Origin: Vulcanimicrobiota bacterium
GTDB taxonomy: Bacteria > Vulcanimicrobiota > Vulcanimicrobiia > Eremiobacterales > Eremiobacteraceae
Assembly: GCA_963812135.1 (NCBI GenBank)
Contig: CAWETU010000005.1
Location: 96,001 to 160,000, forward strand
Reading direction: 5' to 3'
DNA: 64,000 bases
Made by a program: the position numbers and the translations under genes. The notes under the pieces are model-generated. The model searched no databases and was not told the origin of the DNA. It saw only the letters and a program-made list of their open reading frames with translations. Positions 40,063-49,988 of this stretch are shown in pieces. Each line of letters opens with the position of its first letter. Within the stretch, counting starts at the first letter, position 1.

Positions 40063-40250
40063 CGCCTAGCGGGACGTAGCCAGGGAGTTTTCTCGGTACA
40101 GGTGTCCGGGCATGTTCCGTACTTGCCCGGACGACCCACACGAGCTTCCTAGGCTACTCTTGAACCAGAGGTTGACGCGCCATCGAGGACGCCGGCCTCC
40201 CGGTCGAGTCGACACTCGAACCGGCACTGAGGTTCAAGGAGGTTCCCGCT

Positions 40251-40694
40251 ATGTCTACGCGCTCGATCCACGCTACGGCCATCCTGGGTGCTGTCGTTCT
40301 GGCAGTGGCCATAGGCCTGGCGACCCCGGCCAGCGCTGCCGGCACCATCACCTTCAGCCAGCTCGTTCCCGCGGCGCCGGCGTACGCGATGGAGCCCGTC
40401 ATCACGACGGGTAAATGCGACATCGCCGATCAGGCCGCACACATCACCCACGCATACCCGCTGGAGTGGCCGGAAGTCCCGGCTGCGCAGGGCGTTGCCA
40501 ACGCGAGCACGACCGTCCTCATCGACCTCGACTCGCGCGGCACCCTCGTCAATTCGGCCGTGGCCAACGCTTCAGGCAACGCGCTGCTCGACGACCAAGC
40601 GCTGCTCGCCGTCCGCAACTCTGGCTACGCGCCCGAGATTCTCAACTGCAACCGCTTCGCGCGGTCCTACTTCATCGACGTGATGTTCCAGTAA
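40251..40694 (+). CDS. TonB C-terminal-domain protein with N-terminal signal/anchor
   Basis: VLIDLDSRGTLVNSAVANASGNALLDDQALLAVRNSGYAP; AAGGAGG RBS. Confidence 0.8.
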   Translation: MSTRSIHATAILGAVVLAVAIGLATPASAAGTITFSQLVPAAPAYAMEPVITTGKCDIADQAAHITHAYPLEWPEVPAAQGVANASTTVLIDLDSRGTLVNSAVANASGNALLDDQALLAVRNSGYAPEILNCNRFARSYFIDVMFQ

Positions 40695-40760
40695 TCAAGC
40701 GCTCACGGAGATGACGTCACCCATCATCGCCGCCGGCCTGCCACCGGCGGCGATGACCCT

Positions 40761-41164
40761 TCAGCGGTCAGCGAGCCGGTGCACGCTTTTGAGCCCTGAC
40801 CACGTCGCGTCGATGGCGCAGATCTTCACGTCGACTAGGCCGAGCTCGAGCACCAGACCCCGGACTTCATTTTCGCCGACATCTGTCGCGTTGCCCGACG
40901 CGCGCTTGCGCCAACAGATCCACAACGCGCCGTCGCGCGCCAACGATCGTTTCCATCGTGGAAGTCCCCGCACGAGTATGGCCATGCTTGATGCGAACGC
41001 CACGATCATCGGCATCGAGGTCGAGAGCCGCGCGGTCAACGCGCTGCCCTCGGGCAGCTGGCCGAGCGCCTTTGCAAACGCCGCCGGCGCACCGGATGTG
41101 CCGATTCGTTGGCGTGGCTTGATTCCGAGCTTTTCCGTGAGCGAGCGGTGCGAATAGCCGGCAC
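40761..41164 (-). CDS. DUF3052 family protein; start probably corrupted by a missing G
   Basis: AGYSHRSLTEKLGIK...LWICWRKRASG...GLVDVKICAIDATWSGLK; GTG at 41164 is one base out of frame. Confidence 0.8.
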
Positions 41165-41179
41165 GCTCGGTACGGCGCG

Positions 41180-41659
41180 CTACCGTTTTGAAGTGGCGCC
41201 GAAGCGGCGCAATTCTGCGTCGAGGTCGAGCCGCCCGGTCGGCGCTGCTTTCTCGTAGTCGCCCCACTGTTCGCGCGGCACCATCCACATGATCTCGAAC
41301 TCGTGCCCGTCCGGGTCGACGCCGTAGAGCGACTTCGTCGCGCCGTGATCGCTTTCGCCGACAAGCGCCCCCGAGGTCGTAAGCGCCTCGCGCGCCTTGG
41401 CAAGATCTTCGATCGCGGGCACTTCCCATGCGAGATGGAACAAGCCGACCGCGTTGCGCGGCGGCGGCACGGCGTTTGCGCCGAGCGCAAGAAAACCCAA
41501 ATCGTGATGGTTTCGCGATCCGCTCGCCCGCATGAACGCCATCTGGCCGCCGGCGCGCGCGACTTCTTCAAAACCGAACACGTCGCGGTAAAAACTGACC
41601 GAGCGATCGAGATCGCGCACCGTGAGCACCGCGTGGTTCAGTCCTTTGATCGGTATCAT
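41180..41659 (-). CDS. VOC/glyoxalase family protein
   Basis: LNHAVLTVRDLDRSVSFY, HHDL, GLFHLAW, DPDGHEFE. Confidence 0.9.
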   Translation of the reverse strand: MIPIKGLNHAVLTVRDLDRSVSFYRDVFGFEEVARAGGQMAFMRASGSRNHHDLGFLALGANAVPPPRNAVGLFHLAWEVPAIEDLAKAREALTTSGALVGESDHGATKSLYGVDPDGHEFEIMWMVPREQWGDYEKAAPTGRLDLDAELRRFGATSKR

Positions 41660-41669
41660 GCCTCAAGCC

Positions 41670-44136
41670 TCATGCCGGAACGGGCGCCGCGGGCGGAGCC
41701 GCAGGCGCCTTCTTCAAGCGCAGCGTCGCGCCGCTCGACGCGTCGAGCGCTCTGAGCACTTTCTCCGCCGTGATCGGCGTGGAGTGCACGCGCGCCTTGA
41801 TCGCGTCCGCGACCGCGTTCGCGATCGCCGGGATGACCGGGTTGAGCGGACCTTGCCCCGCTTCCTTGGCGCCGAACGGGCCCTCGCGATCGTCGGTCTC
41901 GATGATGATGGCTTCGATGGGCGGCGTGTCGAGGCTGGTCAGCGTCTTGTAGTCGAGCAGATTCGGGATCTTGTGCTCGCCGGCGCGGAACGGCCACTCT
42001 TCCATCAGCGCCTCGCCCAAGCCCATGTAGACGCCGCCTTCGATCTGGCCTTCGACGGAGTCAGCGTTGATGCAGCGGCCGACATCGTGGGCGAGCGTGA
42101 TCTTCTCCACCTTGATCTCGCCCGTTTCGAGGTCGATGTCGACCTCGGCGACCGCAACGCTGTACGAATATGCGGGAGATGGTCCGACGCCCGAGCCCTT
42201 GTATCCAGCCGCAAGCTTGGGCGCCCAATAGGAGCCCACGCCGACGATCGTGCCGGACTTCGCCTCGGCGAGCTGCGCCGCGTCGATGAAGGTCAGCTCG
42301 CGCGTCGGGTCATCGAGATCGAACACGCGCCGGTTCGCAAAACCGATGCGTTCGCACTTGACCGCAAGTTTTTCCGCCGCCACCTGCGCGATCAGCGCGC
42401 GGACCTTGCCCGCGGCTTCGCGCGCCGCGTTGCCGGCCATGAAAGTCACGCGGCTCGAATACGACCCGAGGTCGACCGGCGTGAGGTCGGTGTCGCCGTA
42501 CACCACGCGGACATCCATCACGTCGACGCCGAGCGTCTCTGCCGTGATGGCCGCCAGCATGTGCGTCGATCCCTGGCCGCAATCACTGGTGCCGGCGAAG
42601 ATCGTGACGCCGCCGCCGCGATCCACTTTGACGATCGCGCCGGATTGCGGCATGTCGTTCCAATAGATGGGTAACCCAGCGCCGCAGAGGTACGCGCTTG
42701 CTGCTATGCCGATGCCCTTGCCGCGCGCCATCTTGCCGCGTTTTTCTTTGTAGTTCGTACGCAGCGTCGCTGCATCGATGCACTCGCGCAATCCACACGA
42801 CGTGACGCGCAGGCCGTTAACCGTGGTCGAGTTCGGATCGACGGCGATGCGTTTGCGATACTCGGCCGCGTCGATGCCCAACGCGTCCGCGATCTTGTCG
42901 AGCTGATTCTCCAGCGCGAAGCGCGGCTGCGTCGTGCCATGCCCGCGCTTGGGTCCGCACGGCGGCTTATTCGTGAACACGCGGCAACCGTCGAACTTGT
43001 ACGCCGGCACTTTGTAGGTCACGGTCGTGAGCGCGCCCGTGTAGTACGTCGTCGCGACGCCATACGACCCGTACGCGCCGCCATCGAGCCACGACTGCAG
43101 GTGGATCGCGGTGATCGTACCGTCGTTTTTGACGCCGGTCTTCAATTTGAAGCGCACCGGATGGCGGCCGCGGTGTGCGTAGAACACCTCTTGGCGCGTG
43201 AGCGCGATCTTGACCGGCCGTCCGGTGCGGCGAGCGAGGAACGCCGCGGCCAGTTCGTGCGCGAACGGCTCGGTCTTGCCGCCGAAGCCCGCCGCCCACC
43301 GGCGGCGCGATGATGCGTACCTGGCTGCCGGGCATGCCCAGCACTGCGCACGCGATGCGATGCAGATAGTGCGGCGTCTGCGTCGAGCACCAGATCGTGA
43401 GCTTGCCGTCGCCGCCGTACTGCGCCACCACGGCGTGCTGCTCGATCGGCGCGTGCGTGTTGCCCTCGAAGAAATACTCATCTTCAAAGATGCGATCCGC
43501 TTGCGCGAAGCCCGCATCGACCTCGCCGAACTCCAAGTGCGCTTCCTTGTGCACGTTGTTCGTGCGCCGTGGATTCTCGTGGATCTGCGGCAGGTCGTCG
43601 CGCAGCGCTTGGTCGATCGTGCCGATCGTCGGTAGCGGTTCGTACTCGACGTCGATCAGCTCGACCGCCTCTTCTGCCGTCAGCTCGTCGTCGGCCACGA
43701 TGCAGGCGATGGGATCGCCGACGTAGCGGACTTTGTCGAGCGCCATGACCATCTCGTCGGGGCTAGACGGCAAGATGCCGTAGCGCACGAGGATGTCGTT
43801 GCCGGTCGCGACCGCGACGACGCCGGGCAATTCAAGCGCGCGCGTGGCGTCGATGCGTTTGAGGCGCGCGTGCGGTACGGTGCTGCGCAGCATCTTGCCG
43901 TAGAGCATGTTCGGCAAGAAGATGTCATCCGCGAATTTGTCTTCCCCGGTGACGCGCGTGAAGCTGTCGGTCTTGGCCATCGCCTTGCCGACGACGTGAA
44001 AGCCTTCGGGTTTATCAGCCGGTGTCTGCGGCGCTCTAGAGACGACCGACGCTGCGTCGGATACAGGTGTGGGCGGCCGCGCGTCCCCGTCGGGATTTGT
44101 GGCCGTGGAGACCTTCGGAAGCTCTTCTTCTTTCAT
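41670..44136 (-). CDS. Xanthine-dehydrogenase-family molybdopterin subunit (HcrA-like); frameshift near 43289
   Basis: VTGEDKFADD, LRSTVPHA, VGGG/FGGK broken by one extra base, KRGHG, GQG, SYSSR, GQIEGG, GAKEAGQG. Confidence 0.9.
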
Positions 44137-44615
44137 CTCGACCGCGTGGAAGCGAGTTGGATCGCTTCGATGATCTTCGTGTAGCCGGTGCAACGGCAGA
44201 GATTTCCGGCGATCGCCTCGCGGATGTCTTGCTCGGTCAGATCGTGACGCTGCTCGACAAGCGCGGCGCCGGTCATGAGAAAACCAGGCGTGCAGTAGCC
44301 GCATTGCGCCGCACCGCACTCGGCAAACGCCTGCTGGATCGGATGCAGCCGGCCGTCCTTGGCCAGGCCCTCGACCGTGCGGATCGCGTGGTCTTCCATC
44401 TCAACGGCAAGCACGAGACACGAGAGCACCGGCCGTTCGTCCACCAACACGCAGCATGCGCCGCAGTGGCCCATCTCGCAGCCGTGTTTGGTGCCGGTCA
44501 ACCCGAGATCTTCACGCAACACTTCGAGCAGCGTCTTATTCGGGTGGAAGGCGACTTCTATTGGTGCGCCGTTGACGGTGAGCGTGGTCAGCACTTTTGC
44601 TGGTGCGACGGTCAT
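44133..44615 (-). CDS. Xanthine-dehydrogenase-family 2x[2Fe-2S] subunit (HcrC-like)
   Basis: GTKHGCEMGHCGAC, QCGYCTPG, GNLCRCTGY; ATGA overlap with the large subunit. Confidence 0.93.
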   Translation of the reverse strand: MTVAPAKVLTTLTVNGAPIEVAFHPNKTLLEVLREDLGLTGTKHGCEMGHCGACCVLVDERPVLSCLVLAVEMEDHAIRTVEGLAKDGRLHPIQQAFAECGAAQCGYCTPGFLMTGAALVEQRHDLTEQDIREAIAGNLCRCTGYTKIIEAIQLASTRSR

Positions 44616-44952
44616 TGTATCGAGTAGTGCTCCGTTCCGTGGGCCGAACGACCGTTCAGCCTGCAAGCTATACGTTACCTCAAAATCGGGTGCGACGTCA
44701 ACGCGAGAGGCGGTCGAAATGAGGTCTGACCTTCGATCGCGTCGCTCGCATTCGAAGCCCGCACTCAACAAGCAATCGTTCTCGATATCGCGCCGAATGC
44801 GTCGTAAACTCGCTCACGCACCCTTTCTGTGCTGTTTCTGAGGTGCAAAGGGCTTTGCAGAAAAGACGGAGCACATGAGTGTGAGCCATCCATGGCGCCC
44901 GCGCAAATGGCGATCGGCCAACAGGGTGTCGCGACCGTTTTGGAGGACCCGT

Positions 44953-45894
44953 ATGAATCGTATTGAGCTTGTGGCGTATTGTGCTGCAGGTGTCGGAATC
45001 GCTATCTCACTGGCATCGTGCAGTTCCAAAAGCACGTCGCCGGTCACGCCCACGCCGGTTCCCTTGACGCACATGTATCTGAGCTTGGATTCGTCGCCTG
45101 GCGGATCGATCCAGATCTACAGCGCGCCTGTGACCTCCGCGAGCACGCCGACCGGAACGATCACGCCGCTCGCTGGACCAGCCGAATTGTTCGTGGACAA
45201 CGCCGGCCGGTTGTTCGTGCCACTGCAAGGATTAGGCACCGGCACGACCGTCGGCGTATTCGCCTCCCCGATCACCGCATCCAGCGTTCCCGCGTATCTG
45301 CTGACGACATCGCACCCGAATCCCGAAGACACGACAGAGGACTCGGCGGGTAACGTCTATGTCGGCGAAATCCAGACCAATTGCTGCATCGACGTCTACA
45401 CGGGACCCGTGACGGGCGCCGCATCTCCCTCGTACACAATCAACTCGAACGGCGTCGTTACGAACCCGCTCAGCGATCCGTACGGTATGTCGTTCGATGG
45501 GAGCGGCAACTTGTACGTATCCAGCTCGACGTCGATCATCAAGTATACGCCTCCCTTCCCCAGCACGAGCGTGCCGGCCGCCAACGTGACCCCGAACCAG
45601 GACAACTACGGACTGCTCGTCGATGCGAGCAACCGCGTGTTCGTGGCCGATGCGACCGTTGATGGCACGATCGACGTGTTCGTACAGCCCTTCCAGAACG
45701 GCAGCGCGCGCTCGTTCGGCATCAACGTCTCAATCAAGTACATCCAAGGTATGGCCTTCGACGGTTCCGGTAATCTTTGGTGTACTGATGGAAACGGAGC
45801 GATATGGGAGATCGCCGCGCCGATCAGCTCGACGAGCACCGCGACAAAGATCCTCACGGTGGTGGGCGCGTACGGCATCGCGTTCGGCCCGTAA
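44953..45894 (+). CDS. Beta-propeller (NHL/SMP-30-like) lipoprotein
   Basis: GGAGG RBS, lipobox LASC, repeats FVDNAGRLFV / FDGSGNLYV / VDASNRVFV / FDGSGNLW. Confidence 0.8.
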   Translation: MNRIELVAYCAAGVGIAISLASCSSKSTSPVTPTPVPLTHMYLSLDSSPGGSIQIYSAPVTSASTPTGTITPLAGPAELFVDNAGRLFVPLQGLGTGTTVGVFASPITASSVPAYLLTTSHPNPEDTTEDSAGNVYVGEIQTNCCIDVYTGPVTGAASPSYTINSNGVVTNPLSDPYGMSFDGSGNLYVSSSTSIIKYTPPFPSTSVPAANVTPNQDNYGLLVDASNRVFVADATVDGTIDVFVQPFQNGSARSFGINVSIKYIQGMAFDGSGNLWCTDGNGAIWEIAAPISSTSTATKILTVVGAYGIAFGP

Positions 45895-45925
45895 CCAGCT
45901 AACACCACACCTGCTACAAGGCGAA

Positions 45926-45954
45926 GGGGCGCACGCGAATATCGTGTGCGCTCC
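45926..45954. terminator. Hairpin between convergent genes
   Basis: GGGGCGCACGCGA-ATA-TCGTGTGCGCTCC stem with G-U pairs; no U-tract. Confidence 0.4.
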
Positions 45955-45996
45955 TGGTCTATGCGGCAAACATCCGAGCCACAAGAGATAGGTACG

Positions 45997-46362
45997 CTAA
46001 TGCGGCGTTTCTCTTCGGCTACTGAGCGCCCGCGCCACGACCACGCTCTCCAGAGCGACGCCGGCGCCGAGGATGATGATCGCTATTTCCAAGATTTTTG
46101 AGATCGGCCCGTGGCGATACTCGGGACCCGCGAGCAGCAGATCGTGCCCGTGGACGAACACGGCGCCGATGCACCATACCGCGCCGGTGATGCCGAGCAA
46201 CACCGGTCCGGCTTGGTGCCCGCGCATCACCAGCGCGATGCCCGCGATCTGAAGCGCGTACGCTGCCAGGAGAAGCACGACCGCTAGTGCTTGCGGCGCG
46301 CCGAACCCCAGCAAGTCGCCATAATGGAAATCCTCAAGCACGTGCGGCATGCTGACGATCAT
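45997..46362 (-). CDS. Hypothetical membrane protein (start uncertain)
   Basis: Several TM segments; HVLEDFHYG and HGHD motifs. Confidence 0.65.
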   Translation of the reverse strand: MIVSMPHVLEDFHYGDLLGFGAPQALAVVLLLAAYALQIAGIALVMRGHQAGPVLLGITGAVWCIGAVFVHGHDLLLAGPEYRHGPISKILEIAIIILGAGVALESVVVARALSSRRETPH

Positions 46363-46387
46363 CAGCGCCGCGGTCAGCGCTATGAGT

Positions 46388-46672
46388 CTAGTTGACGTAG
46401 CGGTCGATGAAGAAGTCCGCGTAATAGTCTTCCCAGCGAGCGCCCGGCGCGTACGTCTGCAGCTCTTTGTCCGCCGTCACGAGCAGATAGATGAGATCGC
46501 TCTTGAGGATCGAGGCGTTCAGCATCTTGTCGAAACCTTGCTCGAGCAGCCGTCCAGCGTACCAGATCGACCAGTCGGGGTCGACGCCGTCGGTCGCCTT
46601 GTAGGCGACGTGGTGGTCTTCTGACGTTTGATGGAAGAGCGTGGCGAGCTTCGCCGCTAGATCGTCGCTCAT
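46388..46672 (-). CDS. Hypothetical protein
   Basis: ATGA overlap with msr[21 protein letters not shown]. Confidence 0.75.
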   Translation of the reverse strand: MSDDLAAKLATLFHQTSEDHHVAYKATDGVDPDWSIWYAGRLLEQGFDKMLNASILKSDLIYLLVTADKELQTYAPGARWEDYYADFFIDRYVN

Positions 46673-47157
46673 GACTTGGGCACGAACTTCAAGGCGACGC
46701 CATTCATGCAGTAGCGCAGTCCGGTCGGCTTGGGTCCGTCATCGAAGACGTGGCCGAGATGGCCGCCGCAACGCCGGCAATGCACCTCGGTGCGAACCTC
46801 GAAGAACGACGTGTCGCGCGTGGTGCCGATCGCGTTGGCGAGCGGCGCCCAAAAACTCGGCCAGCCGGTGCCGCTGTCGAACTTCGTCGTCGACGAGAAC
46901 AGCGGCAGCGCGCAGCCGGCACAGTCGTAGATCCCCGTTCGTGTTTCGTGGTCGAGTGGACTTGAAAAGGCGATTTCAGTGCCTTCTTCTCGTAATACAT
47001 AATATTGCTCGGGCGTCAGGCGCTGCTTCCACTCTTCCGGTGTGTACGAGACCTCAAACTGCTGTTGGGTCGCAGCCGACGCGCGCCGCCCCCAGACGCC
47101 CGCCACGCCTGCCGCGAAAAGACCGAGCGCACCCGCCAAAAGACCTCGCCGCGTCAT
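46669..47157 (-). CDS. msrB: Peptide-methionine (R)-S-oxide reductase with Tat signal
   Basis: MTRRGLL Tat motif; [48 protein letters not shown]. Confidence 0.95.
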   Translation of the reverse strand: MTRRGLLAGALGLFAAGVAGVWGRRASAATQQQFEVSYTPEEWKQRLTPEQYYVLREEGTEIAFSSPLDHETRTGIYDCAGCALPLFSSTTKFDSGTGWPSFWAPLANAIGTTRDTSFFEVRTEVHCRRCGGHLGHVFDDGPKPTGLRYCMNGVALKFVPKS

Positions 47158-47275
47158 TTTATGCTCCTTATCACACGGTTCCTGATGGAGAATACGTTGT
47201 CCCGGCACATATCGGATGCACACCCTGTCCCAACACTAGGGGTAGCCACCTAACCATACTAGAACACTTACGTTC

Positions 47276-48130
47276 ATGCACTTCAAGCGTTTCAGCTGGG
47301 GCGTCGCGTTAGGGCTCCTGCTCATCCACCTAATCGCCGCAGCGGCGTTCCTTCCGATCTTCTTCTCCTGGAGCGGCGTGGCGGTTGCGCTTGTTTTGTG
47401 GTGGATGACCGGTGCCTTCGGCATCGCGTTGTGCTTCCACCGGACGCTCACGCATCGCAGCCTCACCATGCCGCGCTGGCTTGAGTACACATCGGCGTTC
47501 TTCGGCACGCTTTCGCTGCAGGGCGGTCCCATCGAGTGGGTCGCCACACATCGCCTGCATCACGCACACGCTGATGACGAGGGCGACCCGCACGACGCGC
47601 ACCGCGGTTTGATCTGGACGCACATCGATTGGCTGTACAAGCCTAACGATGCACGGCCCAACGTCGACGAGCAGCAACGGTACGCCGCCGACCTGGTCGC
47701 GCAGCCGTACTATCGATTCTTGCAGAAATACCAGCTGCTGCTGCAGATCGCCCTCGGGTTGGCCTTGTTCGCGGTGGGCGGTCTCTCGTGGGTCGTCTGG
47801 GGGATCTTCTTCCGCCTGGTGTTCGTCTACCACATCACGTGGTTCGTCAACAGCGCCGCACACAAGTACGGGTACCGCACGTTCAAGACCGACGACCTCT
47901 CGACGAATTGCTGGTGGGTCGCGATCATGACGTGGGGAGAAGGGTGGCACAACAACCATCACGCATTCCCGTTCTCAGCTCGCCATGGCCTACGCTGGTT
48001 TGAATTCGATCCGACCTGGATACAGATCAGAGTGCTCAAGGCGCTGCGGCTTGTCCGAGACATCAAGCTGCCGACGCCGGCCATGGTGGAACGGCTGACT
48101 GCGCAGCCGAGGCCGCTCCAAAACAGCTAA
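47276..48130 (+). CDS. Delta-9 acyl-lipid/acyl-CoA desaturase
   Basis: His boxes HRTLTH, HRLHH, HNNHH; GEGWHNNHHAFP. Confidence 0.93.
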   Translation: MHFKRFSWGVALGLLLIHLIAAAAFLPIFFSWSGVAVALVLWWMTGAFGIALCFHRTLTHRSLTMPRWLEYTSAFFGTLSLQGGPIEWVATHRLHHAHADDEGDPHDAHRGLIWTHIDWLYKPNDARPNVDEQQRYAADLVAQPYYRFLQKYQLLLQIALGLALFAVGGLSWVVWGIFFRLVFVYHITWFVNSAAHKYGYRTFKTDDLSTNCWWVAIMTWGEGWHNNHHAFPFSARHGLRWFEFDPTWIQIRVLKALRLVRDIKLPTPAMVERLTAQPRPLQNS

Positions 48131-48162
48131 CACCTCCATCGGCGGCGCGGAGCGTCTGATCC

Positions 48163-49506
48163 GTGGCCCGCAACGATCTACGACCGCAAGCGGCAGCGCC
48201 GCCGCCCGACGCGCTGCCCGGCACTTTCGCTGCACGCGCTATCATGGAACGGCTGTTCGCCGGCGTGCGCGCGCCGATCGCAGTACGCCTTGCCGACGGC
48301 ACCTCACTGCACGCCCCCGCCGGCCCCGCTGACACCACCGTCGTCATCCGCCACCCGGGCGTCATCCGCTCGCTCTTGACGCGCACGTCCGATCTCGCAG
48401 CGGGCGAGTCTGTGGCGCGCGGAGAGATCGATGTCCTCGGTGACGCCGAAGGCGCGTTCGCCGCCTTTGACGAGGTCGCGCGCGTGCGCAGCGCCGCCGA
48501 CTGGGCTTCGATTCTCCCCGCCGCTGCCAGGTTGCCCGCACCGCCGGCGTCTGCGGCGCCGGAGCGCTCGCGCGGACCCGCTCGGCTCCGCGGCCGGCTG
48601 CATTCGCTCGACCGTGACCGCGCCGCGATCGCCTATCATTATGATGTGTCGAACGAGTTCTATGCGTTGTGGCTCGATGGCGACCTGACGTATTCATGCG
48701 CGTATTTCCGCGACGCGTCCGAGACGCTCGATGAGGCGCAACGCAACAAATACGAGCATATCTGCCGCAAGTTGCGTTTGTCGCCGGGGGAACGCCTACT
48801 CGACATCGGCTGCGGCTGGGGCGGCCTCGTGCGCTACGCGGCTCGCGAGCGCGGCGCGATCGCGGTCGGCATCACGCTGAGCCCGAAGCAGGCGGAGTAC
48901 GCGCGCGCGCGTATCGCCGCCGAAGGCGTGGCAGAACGATGCCGCATCGAGCTCGTCGACTACCGCGAGATGGCGCCGCTCGGCGCGTTTGACAAAGCGG
49001 TGAGCGTCGGGATGGTTGAACACGTCGGTGACGCGCTCTTGCCCCTCTACTTCGATGCGGTCGCAAGTACCCTCAAGCCGGGCGGTCTGTTCCTCAATCA
49101 TGGCATCGTGACGCAAAAGCCGAAGCGGCGCGGTCTCGGCGCCCGCTTCTTCCCGCACGGCTCGAAGTTCATCGAGAGATACGTCTTCCCTGACGGCGAG
49201 TTGCCTCACTTGTCGGCGATGAGCGAAGCCGCATTGGAAAGCGGCTTCGAAGTACGCGACGTCGAGAATCTGCGCGAGCATTACGCGTTGACGCTGCGCT
49301 GCTGGGTCGGCGGTCTTGAGTCGAACGAAGCGCGCGCTCGCGAGCTGGTCGGTGATGAGACCTACAACGTCTGGCGTTTCTACATGGCAGGGTCCGCGCA
49401 CGGCTTCGCCACCGGCCGCCAGGGCCTGGTCCAAATGTTGCTCGCCAAACCGATGCTGGACGGACGCGCGGCGGTGCCGCTCACGCGCGCCGACCTGTAC
49501 GCGTAG
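48163..49506 (+). CDS. cfa: Cyclopropane-fatty-acyl-phospholipid synthase family methyltransferase
   Basis: HYDVSNEFY, TYSCAYF, LLDIGCGWG, SVGMVEHVG, YVFPDG, HYALTL. Confidence 0.9.
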   Translation: MARNDLRPQAAAPPPDALPGTFAARAIMERLFAGVRAPIAVRLADGTSLHAPAGPADTTVVIRHPGVIRSLLTRTSDLAAGESVARGEIDVLGDAEGAFAAFDEVARVRSAADWASILPAAARLPAPPASAAPERSRGPARLRGRLHSLDRDRAAIAYHYDVSNEFYALWLDGDLTYSCAYFRDASETLDEAQRNKYEHICRKLRLSPGERLLDIGCGWGGLVRYAARERGAIAVGITLSPKQAEYARARIAAEGVAERCRIELVDYREMAPLGAFDKAVSVGMVEHVGDALLPLYFDAVASTLKPGGLFLNHGIVTQKPKRRGLGARFFPHGSKFIERYVFPDGELPHLSAMSEAALESGFEVRDVENLREHYALTLRCWVGGLESNEARARELVGDETYNVWRFYMAGSAHGFATGRQGLVQMLLAKPMLDGRAAVPLTRADLYA

Positions 49507-49541
49507 GAGCGGCGGCGCGTTCGTTTGAATGCGCCCCGCAT

Positions 49542-49988
49542 ATGGTCATCGAGCGATCCTTTCACATCGCGGCACCGCCCGACGCGGTGTGGGCGTTGCT
49601 CAAAGACGTGCCGCGCCTGTTGCCGCACATCCCCGGCGCGCAGTTGATCGAAAGCATGAGCAACGGCGCGCACACCGCCGGCGTCACGCTGCATCGCGGT
49701 CCGCTGCAGGGCACCTACGATCTCGGCGTCACTGTCCAATCACTCGACGATCAGGCACGCACTGTGGTCGTGCGCATCACGGCGGCAGACGTCGCGGGTC
49801 GCGGCAGCGTTGACGCGACGGTCACGGTCGGCGTCCAGCCCGCTCCGGCGGGCTGCGAGATCTCGTTGCGCGCGGATCTCCAAGGCAGCGGTGTCACTGC
49901 GGACTTGGGCAATGGTCTTGCGAACGCGGCCGCGCCGGACTCGGCGAATGCCTTCGTCGCGAATCTCGAGCGGACGCTAGGCCGCTAG
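49542..49988 (+). CDS. CoxG/SRPBCC family protein
   Basis: SFHIAAPPDAVWALLKDVPRLLPHIPGA. Confidence 0.8.
   Translation: MVIERSFHIAAPPDAVWALLKDVPRLLPHIPGAQLIESMSNGAHTAGVTLHRGPLQGTYDLGVTVQSLDDQARTVVVRITAADVAGRGSVDATVTVGVQPAPAGCEISLRADLQGSGVTADLGNGLANAAAPDSANAFVANLERTLGR

Noticed and set aside
40225..40245. GGTTCAAG as a tRNA T-loop
   Set aside because: No cloverleaf, T-stem closure or acceptor stem
43280..43300. Programmed frameshift or natural split of the Mo subunit
   Set aside because: The break falls inside the invariant GGGFGGK motif with no slippery site; a one-base error is simpler
41670..49988. Aerobic CO dehydrogenase (coxMSL plus coxG)
   Set aside because: The large subunit lacks the AYxCSFR or AYRGAGR motif (has KRGHG); the CoxG-like gene is 5 kb away in another unit
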